A stretch of 64,000 nucleotides of DNA from the human T2T-CHM13v2.0 reference genome, Homo sapiens, in assembly GCF_009914755.1 (NCBI RefSeq), contig NC_060936.1; one strand, given 5' to 3'. The first letter of the stretch is position 1; each line of letters starts with the position of its first letter. The notes beneath the pieces were generated by a model, which saw only the letters and a program-made list of their open reading frames with translations, had not been told where the DNA came from and made no database searches. The translations under genes were made by a program, and so were the position numbers. This document shows positions 1-14,146 of this stretch, piece by piece.

Positions 1-364
1 TAGGAGCCTCTGAGCCATGTGCAGGATATAATCTCCTGGTGTGCCGTTTTTTACGCCTGTTGGAAAAGCGCCGTATTAGGGTGGGAGTGACCTGATTTTC
101 CAGGTGCCATCTGTCACCCCTTTCTTTGACTAGGAAAGGGAACTCCCTGACCCCTTGCACTTCCCAAGTGAGGCAGTGCCTCCCCCTGCTTTGGTTCATG
201 CACAGTGTACTGCACCCACTGTCCTGCACCCACTGTCTGGCACTCCCTAGTGAGATGAACCTGGCACCTCAGATGGAAATGCAGAAATCACCCATCTTCT
301 GCGTCGCTCACGCTGGGAGCTGTAGACTGGAGCTGTTCCTATTTGGCCATCTTGGCTCCACCCC
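1..364 (-). mobile_element. L1PA (about PA4-PA6) 5' UTR, 5' end of an L1 that extends left out of the window
   Basis: Reverse complement reads GGGGTGGAGCCAAGATGGCCAAATAGGAACAGCTCCAGTCTACAGCTCCCAGCGTGAGCGACGCAG, the L1PA 5' terminus with YY1 motif; CpG-decayed relative to the L1HS at 59142-60046. Confidence 0.9.
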
Positions 365-1705
365 TCAACATTCTTAAAGTAAATAATTTTTAACCCAGAA
401 TCTCATATCCAGCCAAACTAAGCTTCATAAGTGAAGGAGAAGTAAAATCCTTTACAGACAAACAAATGCTGAGAGATTTTGTCACCACCAGGCCTACCTT
501 ACAAGAGCTCCTGAAGGAAGCACTAAACATGGAAAGGAGCAACCGGTACCAGCCACTGCAAAAACATACCAAACTGTAAGGACCATTGACACTATGAAGA
601 AACTGCATCAATTAATGGGCAAAATAACCGCTAGCATCATAATGACAGCATCAAATTCACACATAACAATATTAACCTTAAATGTGAATGGGCTATATGC
701 CCCAATTAAAAGACACAGACTGGCAAATTGAACAGAGTCAAGACCCATCTGTGTGCTGCATTCAGGAGACCCATCTCACATGCAAAGAAACACATAGGCT
801 CAAAAAGAAGGGATGGAGGAATATTTACCAAGCAAATGGAAAGCAAGAAAAAGCAGGGGTTGCAATCCTAGTCTCTGATAAAACAGACTTTAAACCAACA
901 AAGTTCAAAAGAGGCAAAGAAGGGCATTACATAATGGTAAAGGAATCAATGCAACAAGAAGAGCTAACTATCCTAAATATATATGCACCCAATACAGGAA
1001 CACCGAAATTCATGAAGCAAGTTCTTAGAGACCTACAAAGAGACTTAGACTCCCACACAGTAATAATGGGAGACTTTAACACCCACTGTCAATATTAGAC
1101 AGATCAATGAGACAGAAATTTAACAAGGATATCCAGGACTTGAACTCATCTCTGGACCAAGCAGACCTAATAGACATCTACAGAACTCTCCACTCCAAAT
1201 CAACAGAATATACATTCTTCTCAGCACCACATCTCACTTATTCTAAAATTGACCACATAATTGGAAGTAAACACTCCTCAGCAAATGCAAAAGAACAGAA
1301 ATCACAACAAACAGTCTCTCAGACCACAGTGCAATCAAATTAGAACTCAGGATTAAGAAACTCACTCCAAACTGCACAACTACATGGAAACTGGACAACC
1401 TGCTCCTGAATGACTACTGGGTAAACAATGAAATTCAGGCACAAATAAAGATGTTCTTTGAAACCAATGAGAACAAAGACACAACGTACTAGAATCTCTG
1501 GGACACATTGAAAGCAGTGTGTAGAGGGAAATTTATAGCACTAATTGCCCACAAGAGAAAGCAGGAAGGATCTAAAATCAGCACCCTAACATCACAATTG
1601 AAAGAACTAGAGAATCAAGAGCAAACAAATTGAAAAGCTAGCAGAATACAAGAAATAACTAAGATCGGGGCAGAACTGAAGGAGATAGAGAAAAAAAAAC
1701 CCCTC
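365..1705 (+). mobile_element. L1PA7/8-like fragment: ORF1 3' end, spacer, and disrupted ORF2 endonuclease region (ATG at 642); 3'-truncated
   Basis: ORF-track peptides SVCCIQETH...GDFN (688-1098) and IDIYRTLH...SKIDH (1107-1343) with frameshifts and stops; closely matches the L1PA7-like element at 46230-48360. Confidence 0.9.
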
Positions 1706-3719
1706 CTTAGACAATCTCGTAAGTCTAAGAGCTTATTGGCAATTTCAATTGTCTATTTACTTGTCTTATACCCTTCTAGACTTGAGAGTGGGGACTGGTC
1801 TTGTTAACCATTTGTCCCTTGCAGCTAATATAGTAAACAATATATAAAAGTTACAGATATTAGCTATTTGGAAACTATTTTGAACTAAAAATTGCTACAG
1901 ATTGACATTTCAACTATTGAAATGGCTGAATAGCCATAGCAATTTTTTTTCACATATTACTGGATTAAGTATAAAGCAGAACATTCAAGATTTTCATGCC
2001 ATTGTAAATGTTCTTTTACTTTTCGATCAATAGGATTCTCATATCAGGGTTGATCTAGTTTTTCATATTCTTGTAAACCATTTTAGGCAATGCCTCACCA
2101 GTAAAAACCTACTCTTCTTTCTTTTGGCTTTAGAGCTATTTATTATAGATTTTTCAATCCAAAAATGCAGAAATCAACAGGAGCCTCATAACTGGCTAAT
2201 TCTCAGGACAACAGGTAAAACCACTTCTTTTTTTATTTATTACTGTTCAATTGGTGTTTGTGTGAAGCAAATGATTATGAGCAGTGTGTAATGCTGAGGG
2301 AAAGAGGAGTTATTGGTAATTTTTGGAGCATTAAGAGCTTCAAGAGCTTCTGAGAGAGATGTGCCTCCAATTTAGTTTCATAGGTTTTGAAATCTGTTCA
2401 CTAATTAGTATGCAATTTTCTTAAAATTTTTTATCACCTCACAGAGAAGGCAAAATCATGAACATCACAACAAGCCTGAGAGCACTGTAAGTCACTGTCT
2501 GTTAGCAGCCTCCACAGACACATTCACAAACATACCCAAGTTGTTGTGGGATTCATACATACCCATAATGAGAGTGAAATCGTGAAGAACAATGAACGAA
2601 ACATAAAATAACTGCGAAAGGGTTACTGATACTATTTTGTAGAACCCAGAGATGATGGAAAGAGAGAAAAAGGTATATACATCCAGCATGAATGCTATAA
2701 ATAACATTAATTTAGATGTTGGTGTTTGCTAGTGAAGATAAAGTCTGCAAATGAATAATTTTTATGAAACTTAATGTGAACATTGATTTGTAGGCATGTG
2801 TTTCAATTCCAAAAAGTAAAAAGTTAGAATTCTTTATTGATGAAATATACAAATTATACTATAGTATCCTCCTAATTGATTTTAAAACATGCTATGCATT
2901 AATTTTAAATATATGAAAAAAATTACTGTACATAATTCCCAAATTTTAAATTCTTAGTATTTTTCATGCAAAATATATATACAACACAATGTTGCTCAAG
3001 AGAAAATGTTGCATCATTGAACCCACTTTAAAGATAAAAAATAGAAGGCGTTTTTGAGTGTGTTGGTGTTTTTCATTTCTGAACAAGTTTAGAATGGGTG
3101 AAATGAAGTGCGTTTTGGTGAGTGACTGGCATATAGATTTAATATGGTCTATGGAAGATTAAAAAAAATGAAAGCTTCTGTGTTAAGGATGGTTTCTTAA
3201 CTATTTATGTCAAAATTAACTGGGCATTTGCCTTAATTATATTTTTCTTCTTATGGTGCAGAATAATTCTTAACTTTAATTTCTTGGTGAAAACTAGGTA
3301 TTTAGTACTATAGTCTGTTATTTAAAGCATTTACAAGAAATCAATTTCTCACCACTCAGGATTTCAGAATGACTTTGTTTTTATTTATAAATTATACATT
3401 TTATTATTTGAAAATATTATTAAAATAGTGTTTGTTGTGAAGAACAAAATGATGTAAGGGTATATAAAGCGAAAGCTTAAACTCTCCAAAACTCTTCCAA
3501 CCTAAAGCAGTCATACTTTCTAGAAGAAATGACTTTTATAGAATGAATGGATCCTTCAAGGAATTTTCCTATAAAATTGTTTTTCGGGGGGCATTATTTT
3601 TCTATAAATAGGGATCATGGCATCTTTCCATAGGACTGTATTATTTCAATGCAATTGCCATTTCAAAAAAGAAACAGCCTGTGAGTTTGACAATTTTTGG
3701 CTCAGATTTCTTGGATATT

Positions 3720-4590
3720 AAATGTGTTAATTAAGACTTTATTGGCTACAAAGACAGAAAACTCAATTCAGATTATTACAAAAAGAGATTTTTATTGACT
3801 CATAAAATTGAAATTCCGGAATAGATGCAATTTCAGGTTCACCTTAACTCGGGGGCTCAAATGACAGCATTGTGTTATTTCTTTTATAATGCGCCCTTCA
3901 GCTCTAAATGTTGGTTACATTTTCTGACAGGCATAGCTCCATAGCGGTAGGAGGGCGGCAGCAGCCCATGCCTTTGAATTACAATGCAGTTGTAAAAATG
4001 CGGTGCAGTGGTGAAAAACATTCTTCAAGTGTAGCAGTGAAAAACATCCAAATGCAATAGTGAAGAATATTCATTTCCAGAATTGAATTCTATTGGTACT
4101 GATTAGCCTGACTTGGGTCACATACCCATTTGTATTAGTTCACTAGGACTGCCATAAAAAATGCCACAGACTGTGTTCTTCTGAAGCCCATCTCTTTGGC
4201 TTGCTTATGCATTGTGTCCTTACATGGTCATTCCTCTGTGTGTTCGTGTACTAATCACCTTTTTAAATAAGGATGCCAGTCATAATAAATTAGGGCCCAT
4301 CTTAATGACCTCATTTAACCTTAATTACTTTAAAAGGCCCATCTTTAAATGCAGTGACTTTCTGCGGTACCGAGGGTTAAGACTTCAACACGTGAATTTT
4401 GAGGGGCTACAGTTGAACCAGGATAAATTCCTACAAAGCCATTGTCACCAGGGGCTCATCCTAGGTCATATGTTACTTCTGGATTCAGCAGGAGAGTCAG
4501 GTGGACTGAAATAGAGAGGTGTGGGTCCCCAAGTGAAAACTGGCCACTGCCATGAGCATTAGGGTAAATGGATTCTTGCCAACCCAAACA
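3720..4590. mobile_element. Old MaLR LTR (MLT1-type) interrupted by a younger MLT1A/B/C-type LTR fragment at ~4131-4420
   Basis: tgtattagtt...ctgccataa...ccacagactg start and atgacctcatttaaccttaattac...acttcaacacgtgaattttgagggg end are MLT1 hallmarks; flanks resemble MLT1J/K from memory. Confidence 0.55.
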
Positions 4591-4707
4591 AAACTATGTC
4601 CATTTCACTAAGAAAATACAGAAAAGGATTATAATATCAGTAGCAGTTATTTTGTGACAAATTACTGATGAATAAATAGTAAAGGAAGAAATAGGTTATT
4701 GAATTAA

Positions 4708-5064
<357 letters not shown>

Positions 5065-5399
5065 TAGCAGAGTCACCAAAAGCACTTTCAACAAAGAAAG
5101 ACAATAACCTGGGAATATGTCCGTTCTGTTATCTGTCTTAAACTTAGAGTAATCGAGCATTTTAGACTAGGGAAAAAGTAGCAATTAATATGGGGCTTTC
5201 TATAATGAGATATGACCTTGTTTATCTCGTTTATTTTATTTTTGGAAATACATGATTTTTTCTCCATAAATATAATCTTTTCTAATCCCTCACTTACAAA
5301 ATAACACAAACAAAATGAGCAAAACCTCCTAATACTCAGAGAAAGGAGCACAATAGAACAGAAAGCATTATTGGTGTCAAAATTTGGAAAGACTTAAAT

Positions 5400-6290
5400 A
5401 TTATAATATCCAAAGATCATGGCAAGCAGCACAACACATTTTTGACCAAATTAAAGATGATATCAGGAGCCAACACCCACATCTCCAGCTCCTAATAATA
5501 TAATTTAATATGCTTAATAGACATGTCATAAAGATGTTTATACCACAGAAGCTTCACCTTTCTTTGCAAGTCCATATGAACCTACAAAGAAAATCTCAAT
5601 AAATTCTAGAAAGTAGAAAACCATAATCTCTTAATATAATTTAGTAAAACTAAATATACCTAGCAAAAGTAAAAACAAATGAAACAGTAACTTTAACCAA
5701 CTCTTAGGTCAAATAGAAAATAAAAACTGAAATTGTAGAATATTTTGAAAGCAAACTACATATAAAATCTAAGAAAAAGAGAGTAATAATTATTCAGTAT
5801 ACAATATTGAAAATTCCATATAAAGTATTGAAAAAATGTGTTCAAGAAAGCAAAAGAAAGGAGTGAATAAAGATTAAAACATAAATTAATAAATTAGAAA
5901 TACAAAAATAGTAGAACTGCTATGTCCAGGAGATTTAATACAATAATAACAAAATAAACCTATTCAAATAGGTACCTTTCCACTTAGCCTCTTCGAGGGA
6001 GTGGTGGGAAGAGGGGAAAGCATAAATACATACACTTCTGGGTGAGGACAGGGAATGAACCACCAGTATAGACATAGTTAATGGGGCTACAAGAAAATGG
6101 TTTTCAAAATCTATGTTAATAGATATAAAAAGCTCCTTGAAATGGATGATTTCCCAGGAAATATGTTACCCAAATTAACTCCTAAATGGAGAAAAAAATC
6201 AAAACACTCAATAGCCAAGAAGAAAATCAGAAAGTTGTCAAGAAAACCACTACCTTCATCACCATCTACCATTTTTAAAAACAGAGACTT
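5400..6290 (+). mobile_element. Highly diverged L1M ORF2 remnant
   Basis: A-rich; degenerate L1 ORF2 motifs (aaatctcaataaattc, gaaatggatgatttcc, ttacccaaattaactc). Confidence 0.5.
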
Positions 6291-7339
6291 TGCATGTCTA
6301 CAGTGTTCTAGGAGCCATATTTCTCATCTATAACATTGATATATTTGATATATTGGGGTTTGTTTTATCTGGTCTAGATATTTTAATTGGTTTAAAACAT
6401 TTATTTTTTGATTAACACCCTCTTGTCTCTGGAATACAATGTCTGGTTTGAAAATTGTTATTAATCACACAGTCTAGAATCACCTTGCTGAAGGGAAAGT
6501 TGTTATTCAATTACTCCATTTCCAAATTAGGAAATTATCTCTTTAATTATGATTATCAAGCAAACTAGAGGTAGAGCAAGCACTAGAAAAAGCTGATTAC
6601 ATATTCAGAGTAGAAGATGTAGGAAAAAGTTGCTTTGCCAGGTGTTGGATGATGAGAAAGTTGCTATTATGTAGTAATTCAAAGACAGGCTCTCCCATAA
6701 GTACTTTAACCTTAGTTAACAGTCTGAAGTGTTTTCAGGTTCTTATTGCTTTAAAACAGAGTAAGGAAGCAAATGTGTAAAACTACTTTAAAAACTTTCT
6801 GAGTTAGTAAAAATATGATCTGAGGAGGTTGCTTTTAAAATTAGAGCTGAGGGTAACAGATATCTCGAAAGTTGCAAAGTTGAGCAAATATACAATAATT
6901 TAAAAGTGGTCCCCGAGGATTCCCAAGGGCATTATTTTTATGAAAAAATGGAATGATCAGTGTACAGCCTAGGTAAATAATAATGCTATATCCTGACATC
7001 ACTGCACCATCAAAGTTGCCAAGAAAAGCAAGCTAGGAGGTAACTGCTGTATTTCCAAAAGATGAAAATGTTAAAGGTGTTTCAGAGATCTGTGGAAGTT
7101 ATTTTTATTCATCAGAGAGATGCATTGATGAGGTGGTTTCATTGAATTAGTATTCTCCAAGAACCAGGTCCTTCAAGATTTAGAACACCATGCGTGAGGA
7201 CTTTGACTTCTTGTCTCCTGTTTTCTCTTCTGACAAAGACTATGTTTTAGGACTGGGCCAAAAATCCTGTGAAGGTCAACCTTTGGTTGCACAAGTAAAT
7301 CAGTATTATCCATAGATCTGGAAGAACTTTAACATTTTC

Positions 7340-8035
7340 TTGTAAGTTCCATGAGGCTAGGGAGTTTTGCTTTTTTTGCTCGGTGTTATATTCCTGTGCC
7401 CATAACAGTGTCTATCACATAAGGCACATTCAAGAAACATTCATTAAATGAATAAACACACTATTTCTCTAATATTACTCACTTTTTATTTCACGTGTTT
7501 CATTTAGGTTCCTGTCGTCTCTTGCCTGGGTTATCACAGCAGCCTTCAATCTAATTTCCTTGACTGCATTTTATCCCTACCTTTTATCATCATCTTTTAA
7601 TCTAAAGCCACATCTAAAATGTAATGCTGATCTTGGTACTTTCTAGTCTAAAACACTTCATGTGTTCTCACCATCAATTGCAGGATCAAGCTAAAGGTTT
7701 TTAAGATGATATATGAGGTCCTCCATGATCTGACCTTAATCCCCTCTCCATTTATCTGTCAGCACTCTCTTTCTCACACTTATGTTCAGTTTATTCTATT
7801 GTTTTCTACACATACCAGAGGTTTTTCCCTTTACTCATTTCCTTCTGCCTGTTTTACCTCTGCTTGGAATGTGCATCCCCCACATACCTTTAAGATTCAG
7901 AATAGGAGTGTTCCCCTGTAAAATATAACAATTCGGTCTCTTTCTTTACCCTCTGGCTGGGTTACTTGTCGAATTCAGGGCACCCATGGTAACTTAGGAA
8001 TACTTCTATTGTAAAACTTTCCACATTGCACTGTG
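7340..8035 (+). mobile_element. L2 fragments
   Basis: L2 3' end tgtaagttccatgaggctaggg...taaatgaataaa (7340-7455) and L2 body tctcttgcctgggttatcacagcagcc. Confidence 0.6.
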
Positions 8036-8651
8036 ATGCCCTTCACAATAAATGGGAATTAGCAGGTTTCAGAAATTTATTGGTTTACTTTGTAGATGTA
8101 AGGGAAGAAAAAATCTTATGACTGGGGGTAGAGGGGGGCATGCTCAAGATGGAGAGAATATATACTCTATCCACACTGTTTTGTACAAAAGATTTTGGCC
8201 TAAGAACTTTATCCTCCTTAATTAAAAAAATTAAAACTAAAAGAAAACAGTTCTATCCCCTTCCCCCAACAACAACAAAAAGGAAACACCGGTTGCAGGC
8301 TGAGAGGAAGAAACAAATGCAGCTTGGTGGAGAAAATTACTCTGGTTGCAGGTAGGGAGAAGGCAGGTGATCTCATCTATGCAGAATGTCATGAAGGTGA
8401 CAGCTCACTTTGGGATACAAAGTGGCTGTGTTTCACAATTTAAGTGCTCATGGTGTGTAAAGTGGTCATGTGAATCCCACATAGATCTCATCTATTCTGG
8501 ACCTAAGAAAATGTTTAGTGAGAATAACAGAGGGATCTACTCTTAACATTTCAGACCTCTCTCTGCTTCCTCTGAGCCTTTTGGTTTGCTTGAACCCTTG
8601 ACGGAATTTAGATACTTGTTGCTTGATAACATCTTGAATTTGTTTCAACAG

Positions 8652-9120
8652 TGTGGCAATTCATGGATGTTTCTGGTTGCCTAATAAATATTTATTCTGT
8701 CTTTTTTTTTACTAACGGAACCCTGGTTTTTACATACCCTTATAGAGTGGTGGGTGTGTAACGCAGGTGTGGCCAATGAAAGAGAAAGTAATAATTTTGG
8801 ATGGGGCTTCCAGAAAGGTCTTTTAAAAGAGATAGACTTGGGTGGCTTGTCTTTTTAGTTTGCTTCTTTAATTTTTAATTTTTGAACACTTGCCAGTCTT
8901 CCTAACTGAATGCAATCATTGGTATTATGAGCATGAGTGAAATGGACACAGGCTAAGTCTTGTGTTGCTGAAAGTTAGAAAAGCCTGGGTCACTGATGGC
9001 TTTTTGGAGCCATAGTATTATCCCTATGCTTCTCATTTTGTGGAAAAAAATGTTATTCATCCCCTTCAATGTATTAAAGCTATCACTATTCATGAAGCAG
9101 AATCTATCCCTAATTGATAC
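8652..9120. mobile_element. Old MaLR LTR (MLT1J/K-like)
   Basis: tg...ca ends (tgtggc...taattgataca); ggggcttccagaaagg and aaagcctgggtcactgatggc resemble MLT1 from memory. Confidence 0.5.
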
Positions 9121-10451
9121 ACTCTTTTAATGTTATTAGAGAGAAACTCTAGAACAGGTGACTTTTACATGTTGGACAACACTTTAAACTGTCTTTTGGT
9201 TAGGGAATGTAGGCCAGAGGTCTCATATTGTTGGGTTAGGGCTGCAGCAATGAAAATAAAATAACTTTATGTAATAAATAACGCAATACCAGGAGTTTAG
9301 GAGTGAGCTTAAGATGTGTGGGGAGACAACAGAACGAGGAAGAAGTGGAGTTACAGAGAAGGGCCACCTGCAGAGAAGGGTCCTACAGCAACATGGCAGC
9401 AACATGGACCATGATGGGGAGAGTATTCAAAAGGAAAAAAACACAACAAAACAACAAAAAAACTTGTAGAGGGAAAGGAAGAGGGACTTCAGAAACAGAG
9501 ATAGCTAATATTACATTTTACATTGTTGCTTTTTCTACACACATTTCCTTCTTTTAACCCAACAATTTTAGTAAAATTCTCTGTTTTTCTGAGAGTGATA
9601 AAAGACAGGGCAAACATCTATTTTGGGATCAGCTATGAAGGAGGAGAATAGGTGTGTGCGTGGGGTGCAAATTATTATGAAAGTGTGATAAAAATTTCAG
9701 ATAAAGCAGGGAATCAGAGTGAGAGGCATATGAGAGAACACAATCCTTTGATAATCCTCTAAGAAAAAAGTTAGGACTCCTTAGTCCCCCAGACTTCTTG
9801 GTGTATGAAGAAAGGGCTTGCTGAGATATTAAAGGAGAAAGTCCATGACCCTACAATGTTGAAGAACTTGGGAAGTTGTGGGTGATGAATACTTGGGTTC
9901 TATAGAAGAAAAGTTGCATATTTTCCCTAGAGTTTTTCTGGGGTGCACTAATCATCAGACCAGATGCTTCCATTTAGGCAAGTCAGCACCATGGGAAAAG
10001 ACTTTCTCGTAACTTTCACAGAGTGTCTCTAAAGCTGCTAAATTGGCAGTCTGTCCTGAATTATTTTTGCTTAATAACCCAAGGTACCATGTTTTGTAGA
10101 AAAGCTATTCATTTTTCCCATGAGAAACCCACTGACATTCTAGAAAATCTGAGTAATACTGCTTTTGGGTATGGTCACTGATTTGTGGTGGCCTCTGAAG
10201 TAGAAAGTCAAGAAAACCTACAGATTACTTTTAAAGGAAAAGTGTAACATTTAGCTAATTGTATTTGGATGTATTTGAACTCTTCACTTTTTCCCAGAAA
10301 AGAGTCTTCAACTGACTGACTGAAGAGTGTCATTACTGCTGTTATGTCTCATCTGCATTCTACGTTGCATATTTCTGCATAATATTCACTTATTGAAACT
10401 TCATAGTAATTTAGTCCTCTATAAAATATCTGAGACTGCTGTGGTGAAAAC

Positions 10452-10768
<317 letters not shown>

Positions 10769-11710
10769 AGTTTGTTGTTTTTCTTTTAAATTTCTCTAAT
10801 ATTTACACTTTTGTCATACAGGGTCCAATGAGGAGTCAGAATGCACTCTTAAGAACTTCAAGCATAAGCAGTTAATGCAGAAAATTAGGCCTTACAGATC
10901 ATTTAGATGTAGTGGAATCCTCAGGGCTTCCACTAGATTTTTGGCTTGAGTCAATCCACCAAAGTTGTGATCCAGAGGTCATGTTGTGTGGCCTTTGGCA
11001 GCCCTATGCCATACATTTGGATGAATAGACTATAGGAAGTGGAGTCTGCCAGTGCAGTGCTCACATCTGTTAGAACTTGCTTATAGGCCAGCACTGCCAC
11101 AGAGTGATATCTCCACCCATCTTTGGCTTTCCAAATTGCACGGGAACCAATCTCATTAACAGAATATAAAGTGCCCTCATATTCATAGCCATGTGTGACA
11201 GGTGCCAATAGATGTGATCTAGCAAACTTCCTTTGGAGTTTCAGGAAATTTATGGTTCAAGCTCTAAGGTACAATCAATCTCATTGCTTTTGAGCAGGTA
11301 AAGAATTACTGTTATGGATGGTTCTCCCTGGGGTATTTACCATTAGCACAAAATTCAGTGCAAAACTAGGAATAACATATATTAGGTCCCCTCAAACCTT
11401 CAGTGGTCAATGTTCCTAATATTCTATGTATTCTTAATTATCACAAAAGAAAAAATATACCTTTACAATGGAAATTCTGGTGGTCATCAACTTGACAAGT
11501 GTTCACACTTAGCCACACTAATGGAGGGACAACTTAACCTTATACGCTTTCTGTTGGGGTGCTAGGAGAGGTACGCTACATCACTGCTCGTATTTTTGCC
11601 AAAATGAACCTGAATGTATTTAGGAGGCAAGAGACAGATCCAGAATTTGGGAACTTTACAAGATAATTGCCAGGACATTCAATAAACGCTTATATCTTGA
11701 AAAACTATCA

Positions 11711-11773
11711 AACCAACCAACCAGCCAACTAACCAACCAACCAACCAACCAACCAACCAACCAACCAACCAAC
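11711..11773. repeat. (AACC)n tetranucleotide microsatellite
   Basis: About 15 near-perfect AACC units, read directly. Confidence 0.95.
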
Positions 11774-11868
11774 AGGTAAGATAATGTTCTACATTTAAAG
11801 AGACTGAAAAGTCATAACCACAAAAAGCCCATACAACTTGATTGAATTCTGAATTTGAAACATATGTT

Positions 11869-11871
<3 letters not shown>

Positions 11872-11903
<32 letters not shown>

Positions 11904-11937
11904 TATGTGTGTGTGTGTGTGATATATGTGTGTGTAT
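11872..11937. repeat. (TG)n microsatellite with TA interruptions
   Basis: Read directly. Confidence 0.95.
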
Positions 11938-12324
11938 GTCATTGGTACACTTCTATAGATTTGGATATGGGTAGTTTACTGGATATTATAGAATTATGGT
12001 TCTTTTTTTTAGAAGTAATGATGGTCTATGATTATGTAGGAGATGCATGTTGTAGTCTTTGGGGTGAAGGGTCATGATGTGTACAACTTACTTTTAAGTG
12101 GTTTCACAAAATAAAGCATACAGACACACACAGAAAGTGTATGTGGTAAGTCCAGAAGAAGTGTGTATGGGTTTTCATTGTACCATTCTTTCAAATTTTA
12201 TAAAATTTAAAACTTCTAATAAAAGTTGGGAAGAAATAAAGAATTCTGTGTATTCTTTAAGTTTACCCTATTAAGGGTATTAGCAGATGCTATTAGCACC
12301 AGTGTTTAAATGCTTAGGATGGCT

Positions 12325-13690
12325 TCTTCTTGCTTTTCTAGTTCTTTATTATGTATTGTTAGGTTGTTTATTTGAAGTTTTTTTACTTTTTTGATGTAGA
12401 CGCTTATAGCTATAAATGTTCCTCTTAGTATTGCTTTTGCTGTATCTCATAGGTTTTGGTATGTTGCATTTCCATTTTTATTTGTTTAAATAATTTATTT
12501 AACTTACTTTTTAATGTCTTCATTGACCCACTGGTCATTCAGGAGCATATTGTTTAATTTTCACATATTTGTATAGTTTCCAATATTCCTCTTGTAATTG
12601 ATTTCTAGTTTTATTCCATTGTGGTCAGAGATGATACTTGATATTATTTCAATTATTTTAAATTTTTAAAAACTTGTTTTGTGGTCTAATATATGGTCTA
12701 TCCTTGAAAATGATCCATGTGCTGAAGAGAAGAGTGTGTATTCTGCAGCCATTGTAAATATCTAATAGGTCCACTTGGTCTATAGTGCAGAATAAGTCCA
12801 ATGTTTCTTTTTTAATTTTCTGTTTGGATGATCTGTCAAATGCTGAAATTGGGATGTTGAAGCCTCCAGCTATGATTGTACTGGGGCCTATTTTTTTCTT
12901 TAGCTCTAATTACATTTGCATTTCATATTTGTGTGCTCCTGTGTTGGGTGAATATATATTTATAACTGTTATATTCTCTGTTGAATTGACCACTTTATCA
13001 TTATATAATGACCTTCTTTGTCTCTTATAGTTTTTGTCTTGAAAACTGTTTTGTCTGATATTAGTGTAGCTATTCCTGCTCTTTTTTCATTTCCATTGTC
13101 ATGGAATTTTTTTCCATCCCTTTATTTTCAGTCTATGGTGTCTTTATACATGAAGTATATTTCTTGTAGGCAACAGACTTTTGGGTCTAATTTATTTATC
13201 CATTCAACTGCTGTATGTCTGTATTAGATAATTTTGTCTGTTTACATTTAATGTTATTATTGATAAGTCAGGACTTCTGCCATTTTGTTTAGTTATATAT
13301 TATACTGTCTGTGTCTTGAAACACTGTTGTAGCTATTATTTTTGATAAGTTCTTTTAGTGTTTCTACTCAAGATATAAGTAGTTCAGACACTACAATTAC
13401 AGTGCTATAATATTCTGTGGTTTTTTGTGTACTTACTATCACCAGTATGTTTTGTATCATCCAATGATGTCTTATTGCTCATTAACATTCTTTTCTTTCA
13501 GATTGAAAACCTCCCATTAGCATTTCTTGTAGCATAGGTCTGGTGTTGATGAAATTTCTCAGCTTTTATTTGTCTAGGAAAGTCTTTATTTATTTTTAAT
13601 GCTTGAAGGATATTTTCACTGGTTATACTATTCTACAATGAAAGTTTTTTTTTCTTTCAGTACTTTAAGTATGTCATGCCACTCTCTCCT
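12325..13690 (-). mobile_element. L1M (L1MA-like) fragment spanning ORF1 3' end, long inter-ORF region and ORF2 endonuclease region
   Basis: Antisense L1 motifs ggtcattcaggagcatattg, ttccattgtggtcagaga, tgctcctgtgttgggtg, ggtctggtgttgatgaa. Confidence 0.8.
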
Positions 13691-14146
13691 GTTCATTGTA
13701 GCACTGTTCACACTAACAAAGACATGGAATCAACCTAAATGCCCATCAGTGGTAGACTGGATAAAGAAAATGTGGTACATATACATCATCAAAGACTCTG
13801 CAGCCATAAAAAAGAATGAATCATGTCTTTTGCAGGAACATGAATGGAGCTGGAGGCCATTATGCTAAGTGAATTAATGCAGGAACAGAAACCAAATACT
13901 GCATGTTCTCATTTATAAGTGGGAGCTAAATAATGGAAACACATGGACACATAGAGGGGAACAACACACACTGGGGCCTACCAGAAGGTGGAGGGTGGGA
14001 GGAGGGAGAAGATTGGTAAAAATAACTAATGGGTACTAGGCTTAATACCTGGGTGATGGAATAATCTGTATGACAAACCCCCATGACACAGGTTTACCTA
14101 TATAACAAAATTGTACATGTACTCCTGAACTTAAAAGTTAAAAAAA
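13690..14146 (+). mobile_element. L1PA13-16-like 3' end (ORF2 C-terminus and 3' UTR)
   Basis: [18 protein letters not shown]...WIKKMWYIY peptide; ataactaatgggtactaggcttaatacctgggtgatg 3' UTR; short A tail. Confidence 0.85.

Larger units (their letters stand above)
11400..12240 (+). mobile_element. L1MC-type 3' UTR remnant containing two microsatellites
   Basis: ctttacaatggaaattctggtggtcatcaacttg...; ends tttcattgtaccattctttcaa...taataaaagttggg. Confidence 0.5.

Noticed and set aside
3984-4073. About three degenerate ~24-bp units (gtgaaaaacat), superficially array-like
   Set aside because: Short decayed tandem duplication within an old LTR-like region; no spacer structure and a eukaryotic context, so not CRISPR
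11679-11942. ORF with (HT)n and (WLVG)n repeats
   Set aside because: Translation of (TG)n and (AACC)n microsatellites
12325-14146. Opposed L1 segments meeting at ~13690, resembling a twin-priming 5' inversion
   Set aside because: The pieces look like different-age subfamilies (L1MA-like versus L1PA13-16-like), are ~2.6 kb apart in L1 coordinates, and share no flanking TSD
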